From Octopus vulgaris (lineage: Eukaryota): a DNA stretch of 64,000 bases. Below the pieces are notes generated by a model. That model was not told the DNA's origin and made no database searches. It saw nothing but the letters and a program-made list of their open reading frames with translations. Shown here in pieces: positions 55,875 to 64,000 of the stretch. The number at the start of each line of letters is the position of its first letter. Position 1 is the first letter of the stretch. The stretch lies in NCBI GenBank assembly GCA_951406725.2, contig OX597838.1, positions 36,890,001 to 36,954,000 on the forward strand, given 5' to 3'. Position numbers and translations under genes: made by a program.

Positions 55875-56179
55875 CATACTCACATATATATACATATATA
55901 TAATATCTATAGATATAAGTTATATAGATCTTTATCTATTTCTGTATATAATACATAAGCATAAATATATAAGTTTTTGCCAGTATTTGATGGAACATTT
56001 TCTTAAAAGTTGTCAACTATATAGAAAAATATGATTTTGAAAAACAAAATGACACAAACCTTTTTGGAAAGATGTTTCCATATTGGGTGTAAGTGCTTTC
56101 ATCCATCATTCAACTTTTCAAACTTATGTGTAATGGACTCATCTTATATTGGTAGTTGCACTTCATAATAGTGTTGGAT

Positions 56180-57500
56180 ATTTGCGGTTTAGTTTCAAAT
56201 TTAGTAATCTTATTAAGTGTTTTTCTTTTACTTTTCATAGTTGATCATTTGCGTCTTTATTTCGGAAAAGTGAAATATTTGGAATTTTCCATTTGTGCAA
56301 ATGTCACTAAGAGATGAATCTTTAATTTACTGTTTGTGCACTCTCACACAGCTGGTTAGTTTTCTTCCATTTCACTGATCTGTCATTGTATTGTGTTGCT
56401 AGTGATACAGAAGATAAGACTTTTTGTTTTACATTTTGTTCTCCATGTTTGCATCCAACTTCAATTCATTCTCCTGAATCGGTTGGCTCTTCAATATTCT
56501 ATTATTTTACACATCTCGCACCATGTGTCTCCACACTTTGTTACCTGCACTTGTTTCTTTCTCTGATGTGTATCTCACCTTTGTTAGGAGTCTTTTGAGA
56601 TTCTGTAGTAGTCTTCAGCTATTGATGATTTGTGATTATTTAATAACTCGTTGGATATTCGATGATTGATATATAATTGGGAGTTATCATTTGGCTGAAT
56701 CAGTTATAATTGTCTCATTTTCTTTAATTATCAGAATGTCCAGAAAAGGACATACATTTCCTTTGTGAAGTGGCTCAATTTATGAATGCTATTTACTAAT
56801 TTAAAAATCTTACTTATGTTACAAAATATAAAGTAATCATCCAAGAATCTTTTCCAGTTTCCTATTAAATAGAACTGGAAATGTTGATTAGGATTCCAGA
56901 CAGGTATTGATTTTTTTCTTCTAGAAATCCCATTACCAGTGTTGCAAACTTTGGTCCAACTTTCATCCCCATTGCTGTGCCATATATTTGTACATAATAT
57001 TGGTTGTCCAAAAAAAGTAGCAGTCATGATACTTCAAGTATAAATTCTTTTGGGAATGACTCCTGAATTCTTTCTGTTTATTTGACTGTCCAGAATTTTG
57101 CTGCTTCTAATTCTAGAAAATGAGATTGTGTTGACACTGCTTACTTTGAAACTAACTAGGATTGTCTCTTCATCCACTCTTTCTAGAACATGGTGTAAGA
57201 AGTCCATGTAATTATTCATGAAACAGAGACAAATTTGCACAATGGTTTCAAAATTACTTCAAGAAAGTTGCTTAATGGATGGTTTCTAGATGATGGTCCT
57301 GTAACGTTTAGACGTAATTTTAGATTGGATGGTTTGTGGTTTTCCCCATATGGTGTATAGAAGTCCTTTAAGCTGACATTGAATTCTTTAGATATTAGTG
57401 GAATTTTGGTAATCAACTAAAGTTACCTGCTTTTACCTCAGGATTAGTGAGTTAATTGTCATTAAGTAGTGTTTCTGATGTCGGCTGGTCACAAAGTTCA
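56180..57500 (-). pseudogene. Penelope-like element RT plus GIY-YIG pseudogene
   Basis: Minus-strand fragments LRLNVTGPSSRNHPLSNFLEVILKPL, DFL...ILVSFKVSSVNTI (FDVxSLYT motif), GTAMGMKVGP, WKRFLDDYFIF, then SLIFCIT...RVHKQ*IKD (GIY-YIG-like). Confidence 0.8.
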
Positions 57501-58353
57501 TTTTTACTTTGTATTACATCCAACACCAGCAGTTTTCTGTCGCTTAATCAAGAGGAAGGAAGGCAGTCTCATGAACCATTACAAATCTTCTAAGGTTGCC
57601 AGGAGGGAAGAAGGAAGATATTTGTAAACTGAATAACCAGCCCAGAGGTTTACAAGTGAGTGGGCTCAGCTAAAAACATCCTAGGACCAAGCAGGTGATG
57701 GTGGTGTAGTGGGGGATGACCAGTACAGTGACAACTCCAAACAGGTTTCTGCCTTATTAAACATCCTCAGTGCATCATAGTGTCTCTGTTGCTGTGAGAC
57801 CACATACTGCCCAGGGACAATATATTGGGTTTTAGTGAATAAAGTCTAAAGTGATGTCATAATTTAAATGAATGCTTCCTCATTTGATTAGTCTTAGTCA
57901 TTCCCTTAGCCTTTCCTAACACCAACCACTCAGCAGAGTGGACTTTTTATGTGGCACAAGCACAGGCGAGGTGAATAGTGCTTTTTACATAGCACAAGCA
58001 CAGGCTAGGTCATATATATGCATATGCACGCACACTCACACACGCATACACATATCACCTGCTGAGACACTTCTGCACTGAGTGCTGAGGGATGCACTAC
58101 AGCACGTTGTATAGTTTTCTGTCCATGAGAGATTGATGCAGTGTGCGTTGAAACGATCATTGTGAGCAATAAAGTTTCCCGTGTATTCCAGTTTCCATCT
58201 CTACCATTTGTTTTGTATACACACAGACACAGACACAGACACACACACACACACATATATATATATGCATATATGTATATCGGGAACAGTTTTCTATTAG
58301 ACATCTTATATTGAAAACATGTCAATGCTCACATTCATCTATTTTTATCAAGA

Positions 58354-58399
<46 letters not shown>

Positions 58400-58456
58400 T
58401 ACATACAGATATATATATATGTATATACACACATACATACATATAGATATATATAT

Positions 58457-58489
<33 letters not shown>

Positions 58490-58496
58490 TATATAA

Positions 58497-58528
<32 letters not shown>

Positions 58529-58543
58529 GTACATACATACAGA

Positions 58544-58603
<60 letters not shown>

Positions 58604-59394
58604 AATATATATATATCTATATGTGTGTATATATATGTATATCTATATATCTATATATATATGTGTATGTATCTCTATATATATGTATATCTATGTATCT
58701 ATATATATATATATGTGTATGTATCTCTATATATATGTATATCTATGTATCTATATATATATATGTATGTATGCTTAAATATACATGCGTACATGCACAC
58801 ACACACACACACATACACACACTCACACACACACACATATATATATATAAATCTGTGTGTGCGTGTAAGACGTGTGAGTCTAGATATATATACGTACGCA
58901 TTTCAAAAATATATGCATGAGCGATTGTGTGTGTGTGTGTGTCTGAGTGTATATATGACTCGTGTTGATTTAGTCTTCCTCTTTGCTTTTTTTTCCTCCC
59001 CTCTTTGTTACTTTTAAAAATTCAATTCGTTTCTTTTTAATCTTATCTTCTGGTTCTTTAACCTTAATTGTATTCGATATATTGTTATCGAATTGTTCCG
59101 AGAACGACATTTTTGCCGAAGATAAGAGACAGACAGAAAATTTCTCGTGTCAATATGATGTATTAAAATGTCATTTCACAGTGTTGTAGCTTAGTTTAGC
59201 TTAACTCAGCTTAAAATAACAAATGATGAGTTGGAGGAGGAGGTGGTTGGGTCGGAGTGGGAATGTTCTTCTCAGGGTTGCCATCTGCATAAAAAACTTA
59301 CAGTCAAGTGAATGCTTATGAAAGTGAGACCCCCCTTTCCCACACCGGCCAAATTAAGTTTTTGTGATTTAAAAACGAAATGTACCTCTAGCAC

Positions 59395-60180
59395 AGGCAT
59401 GGCTGTGTGGTAAGAAGCCTGCTTCCCAAGCACGTGGTTGTGGGTTCAGTCTCACTGTGTGGCATCGAGTGTCTTCTGCTGTAGCCATGGGCCAACCAAA
59501 GCCTTGTGAGTGGATGTGATAGATGGAAACCGAAGGAAGCCTATATGTGTATATATCTATGTGTTAGTATTTGTCCTCCAACATTGCTTGACAAAGCCTT
59601 GTGAGTGGATGTGATAGATGGAAACTCAAGGAAGACTACTGTATATATATATGTGTATATATGGCCGTTGCCAGCCTCGTCTGGCCTCCGTGCTGTTGGC
59701 ACGTCAAAAGCACCATCTGATCGTGGCCGTTTGCCAGCCTCGTCTGGCACCTGTACAGGTGGCACATAAAAAGCACCCACTACGCTCTCGGAGGGGTTGG
59801 CGTTAGGAAGGACATCCAGCTGTAGAAACACTGCCAGATCAGACTGGGCTTGGCGTAGCCTCCTGGCTTCCCAGACCCCAGTTGAACCGTCCAACCCATG
59901 CCAGCATGGAAAACGGACGTTAAACAATGATGCTGATGATGATGATATCTATGTGTTAGTATTTGTCCTCCATCATTGCTTGACAAAGCCTTGTGAGTGG
60001 ATGTGATAGATGGAAACTGAAGGAAGCCTACTGTATATATATATATATATATGTGTGTGTATATATCTATGTGTTAGTATTTGTCCGCCATCATTGCTTG
60101 ACAACTGCTCGGTGTGTTTACATTCTGCTGACTTAGCAGTTCAATGACAAAGATGATAAAATAAGTACCAGGCTTAAAAA
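59395..60180 (+). mobile_element. Old SINE family 1 with internal duplications and an inserted (GAT)n-tailed retroelement end (59663-59945)
   Basis: aaagccttgtgagtggatgtgatagatggaaac occurs three times; insert ends ccatgccagcatggaaaacggacgttaaacaatgatg. Confidence 0.7.
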
Positions 60181-60189
60181 ACATGAATT

Positions 60190-60353
60190 AGGAGTGGCTG
60201 TGTGGTAAGTAACTTGCTTACCAACCACATGGTTCTGGGTTCAGTCCCACTGTGTGGCACCTTGGGCAAGTCTCTTCTACTATAGCCTCGGGCCGACCAA
60301 AGCCTTGTGAGTGGATTTGGTAGATGGAAACTGAAAGAAGCCTGTTGTATATA

Positions 60354-60403
<50 letters not shown>

Positions 60404-60640
60404 TACATATGTATGTGTGTGTGTGTATATGTTTGTGAGTCTGTGTTTGTACCCCCAACATTGCTTGACAACCGATGCTGATGTGTTTACGTCCCCATAA
60501 CTTAGCGGTTTGGCAAAAGAGACCAATAAAATAAGTACTAGGCTTACAAAGAGTAACTCCTGGGGTTGATTTGCTTGACTAAAAGGTGGTGCTCCAGCAT
60601 GGCCACAGTCAAATGACTGAAACAAGTAAAAGAGTAAAAA
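60190..60640 (+). mobile_element. SINE family 1
   Basis: Full-length copy. Confidence 0.9.
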
Positions 60641-61478
60641 AGAGTATTCTGGGTTGATCATTTTGATTAAAAATTCTTCAAGGTTGAGCCCCAGCATGGC
60701 CACAGTTTTAATGACTGAAACAAGTAAAAGATAAAAGAAAAAGAGATATCAAGATTTAAAAAAATACATCATTTGCTTTAATAATTAATCAGTTGTAATC
60801 ACAGTTGTGTGGTTAAAGAATTCATTTCCTAACCACATGGTTCTGGGTTCAATCCCACTGCATGGTATCTTGGGTGAGTGTTTCTTTTATAGTCCTGAGC
60901 TGACCAAAGATATGTGAGTGGATTCATGATGGACACCTGTGCAAAGTGTGGAGTCACCTCTTAATCACCATTGCTACCTGCCCCATTCTGACCTAGTACA
61001 GTTGTACCCTGTCAGAGTGCTATCTATGGGTGAAATAAATTTCCCAAAGGGTCCCTTTATTTTTGGTAAAGCCATACAGAAGGCACTTCTTCTAGGAGAA
61101 AGATACTCTGATGTGAAACTTGCAGCCAAAATAGCACCGTACTTTTTGAAATATATGTCACTGGGACCTTGTATGGTGACCAAGAGTGTGGCAAAGATGT
61201 TGTGCAGGCTTTTGTCACTTAAATCCAACGATGTACAAATGTTTCACTATCATTTCATTCTTTGATCCATTTTGTATCTGTCCAGCGATGATGGTTGTTT
61301 GGTGTGAAACGTCGTCTGTGCACATGCAGGAAATTATGAAAGTATATCAGAATCAGGCCAAATGTGAAATGGCTATCATCTGACAAGATGAGGCAATCAT
61401 CATATATATATATATATATATATATATTTTATATACATATATATATATAATATATTTTATATATATATATATATATAA

Positions 61479-61510
<32 letters not shown>

Positions 61511-61559
61511 TTTATATATATATATATAATATATTTTATATATATATATATATACATAT

Positions 61560-61601
<42 letters not shown>

Positions 61602-61604
<3 letters not shown>

Positions 61605-62151
61605 CAATAATAAATCTCTGAGCGAAGTATACACAGTAGCTGCAACACATCGTGAAGTACATTTGCCACTTAAATGTGGCTAACCCTTAAGCGTGAATGC
61701 TATTGTAGCTTGTAGCCCCAGGAAGATACCTCTTCCAGCTGGCTATTGACACACTTTCTGTGCCCTATCAGTATTTGTAAAGGGAAGTCATCCTTCCCAT
61801 CTTCAGCCTGACACGATACACATGGACCCAGGTTTCTGACTATTGACCCATCATCAGCATGTGACAAACGTCACTTTTCATCACTGGAAAAAGGATGTAT
61901 ATATTTGCATCAGGATAGCACTTCACATCGACAACCGGTGATTGTCACATGCTGATGACGGGTCAATACTCAGAAACCTGGATCCGTGTGTATCACGTCA
62001 GGTTGAAAATGGGAAGGATGACTTCCCTTTACAAATACTGATAGGGCACAGAAAGTGTGTTAATAGCCAGTTGAAGGAGGTGTCCTCCTGGGGTTATAAG
62101 CTACGGTAGCATCCACCCTTAAGCGTTAGCCACATTTAAGTGGCAAATGTA
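61602..62151. mobile_element. Fold-back element, family G (arms about 61658-61867 and 61942-62151), hammerhead in each arm
   Basis: About 210-bp diverged inverted arms next to a TA tract. Confidence 0.88.
61819..61863 (-). ncRNA. Minimal hammerhead ribozyme motif (mirror copy at 61946-61990 on +)
   Basis: cacatg-CTGATGA-tgggtcaatagtca-GAAA-cctggg-TC-catgtg; perfect 6-bp stem I and GUC triplet; + copy has stem II gggt(caat)actc. Confidence 0.75.
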
Positions 62152-63470
62152 TATGTATGTATGTAAAAAGCTTTTTTCAGTTTTTATGTAAAAAGCTTTT
62201 TTTCGCATTGTGATCAGCGATGTGTAATATCATCTGACAGCCTGGTCAGCCACATGATAAATTGATCCCATCTATGTACCTAGCTGTCTGTCTGTCTGTC
62301 TGCTTGCCTGTGTGTGTGTTCTTGTGACCTTGCCTGCCTTAGCAGTGTGTCACTATTTCAAACAAGTGCCATTCACAATCTTTCCATGCAAACATGTACA
62401 GCTATGGAGAAATAGGACACTGCTCGGAAACAGGTGAAGTTTGGTGACAGGAAGAGCATCTCATTGTAGAGTATCTGTCTCAAAGAGTTCTGTCAGAGCC
62501 GAACAAGCACAGGCCAGACTGTGTATTGAAACTAAAACTATTACAACATGCAAAACACACATTAACATTTCAAAGATGCACAGAGACTGTTAAATTCACT
62601 TAAATGCTTTTTCTTTGATGTTGAGTCAAAATGCTCCATGCACTGTGACCTGGCCACTAATGCACTGCATCTGGTTTGTGGTGACATTATCGATCTGCAT
62701 ACATAGGTTCCAGAGTTATAAATTCTTACATCTACGTTGGTAGGTATTCAGGGTGGGTGCTTCACAGTTGGTCGGTTAAATTGGTATTTGGTTTTATTTG
62801 CTAAAGGGTAAATAGCTAAATGTTAATAAAACGAAGTGGTGACATGATCCATTTGCACAGAGTCTCTCAACTTCACTTAAACCTTATTTTTTCTTTTTTC
62901 ATTTGGTGTCAAAATATTCCATGCATTGTGATCTAGATACAAACACGCTTCATCACAAAGCTGTGATAAGATCTATTTGCTCCCTATAAATTCTACACAT
63001 TCTTAGAGCGGATAGTGACTGTTTGGCAGGAGTGACTTTAAAGGTTGATATACATTAAGATCAAATATTCAGCCCTTTTGATCCAAAATCGCCCGAGACA
63101 GCTTCTGGTTCTATGATACAAAATCCCTGTTTTGATGCATATGCAACCAAAGTTTTATGTAGGTATGATTCTTTCAAGCACCAAATATGAGCAGAGAGTG
63201 CTGTCATAAACTTTTTGTCTGGGATACTAAAACATTGCTTAAACTGTTAGTTACCAGTCTTGAAATCATAATCGGTTATTTGTTTCTATTTTTTTTATAT
63301 ATGTTCTTTTATATACATTCTTTTTTTTTTTTTTTTTTGTTTCATTGAGCACAACCATCGGGGATTGAAACCAAGAAATGTGGAGTTCCAATTTGAGAGG
63401 TTTTTTTTAGTTCCCTATATACATGTGTGTGTATGTACATATATAAACACACACACACACATATAATGTA

Positions 63471-63501
<31 letters not shown>

Positions 63502-63502
63502 T

Positions 63503-63584
<82 letters not shown>

Positions 63585-64000
63585 TATATATGTTTATATA
63601 TATATATGTATCTATATATGTGTGTTTATATGTATATATATGTATATATATATATATATGAGTATGTATATGTGTGTATGTGAATATATATGTATATATA
63701 TATATGTATACGTATATATATGTGTATGTATGTTTGTGTAATATATTTGCATATACTCATACACACATTCCCCCCCCATCTGCCTGCACACAAACATGTA
63801 TGTGTGTGTGTGTGTGCATGTATGTGCATATATATGTAAGCCATTTCTAAATTTTCTTTCATGTAGCTAGGGAAATTAAAATATATTCAATTTATGTATG
63901 TGAATTTAACTTCTGCACTTTGTCGAAATGCTTCAACATTGCAATTACCTGAGACTTAATCAGTTTTGTCTTGCAAGAATACGTTATTATTAAAGTCACT

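Noticed and set aside
60939-61265. 108-aa ORF containing AIQKALLLG
   Set aside because: Only a faint resemblance to the C-terminus of restriction-like-endonuclease LINEs; insufficient evidence.
61283-61318. cgatga...GAAA-cg-TC string
   Set aside because: Core incomplete and neither stem I nor stem II forms.

Overview
Repeat-saturated, AT-rich eukaryotic DNA, most likely cephalopod (Octopus-like; inferred from the SINE families and the TA/CA microsatellite load). No host protein-coding gene is supported, and almost all short ORFs are microsatellite or SINE read-throughs. Contents: a young 5'-truncated RTE-clade LINE with a PHD-like zinc finger after the RT core (1-2321); about 40 copies of three tRNA-derived SINE families; two mariner and one Tc1-like fossil; non-autonomous Helitrons; a pogo-like MITE; Penelope-like element (PLE) RT/GIY-YIG fossils; and a 1.3-kb higher-order (TCA)n repeat. 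The main hidden signal is a dense set of sequence-unrelated short elements, mostly long inverted repeats sitting in TA microsatellites. Each encodes a minimal type-I hammerhead ribozyme fold: stem I, CUGANGA-like core, stem II, GAAA, palindromic stem III, UH. There are about ten distinct sequence contexts, including CCGANGA cores and three loci with the compensatory U3:A8 core (UUGANAA). One pair brackets a PLE GIY-YIG remnant, linking the motifs to Penelope-like retroelements. Folds were read by eye and cleavage activity is untested.
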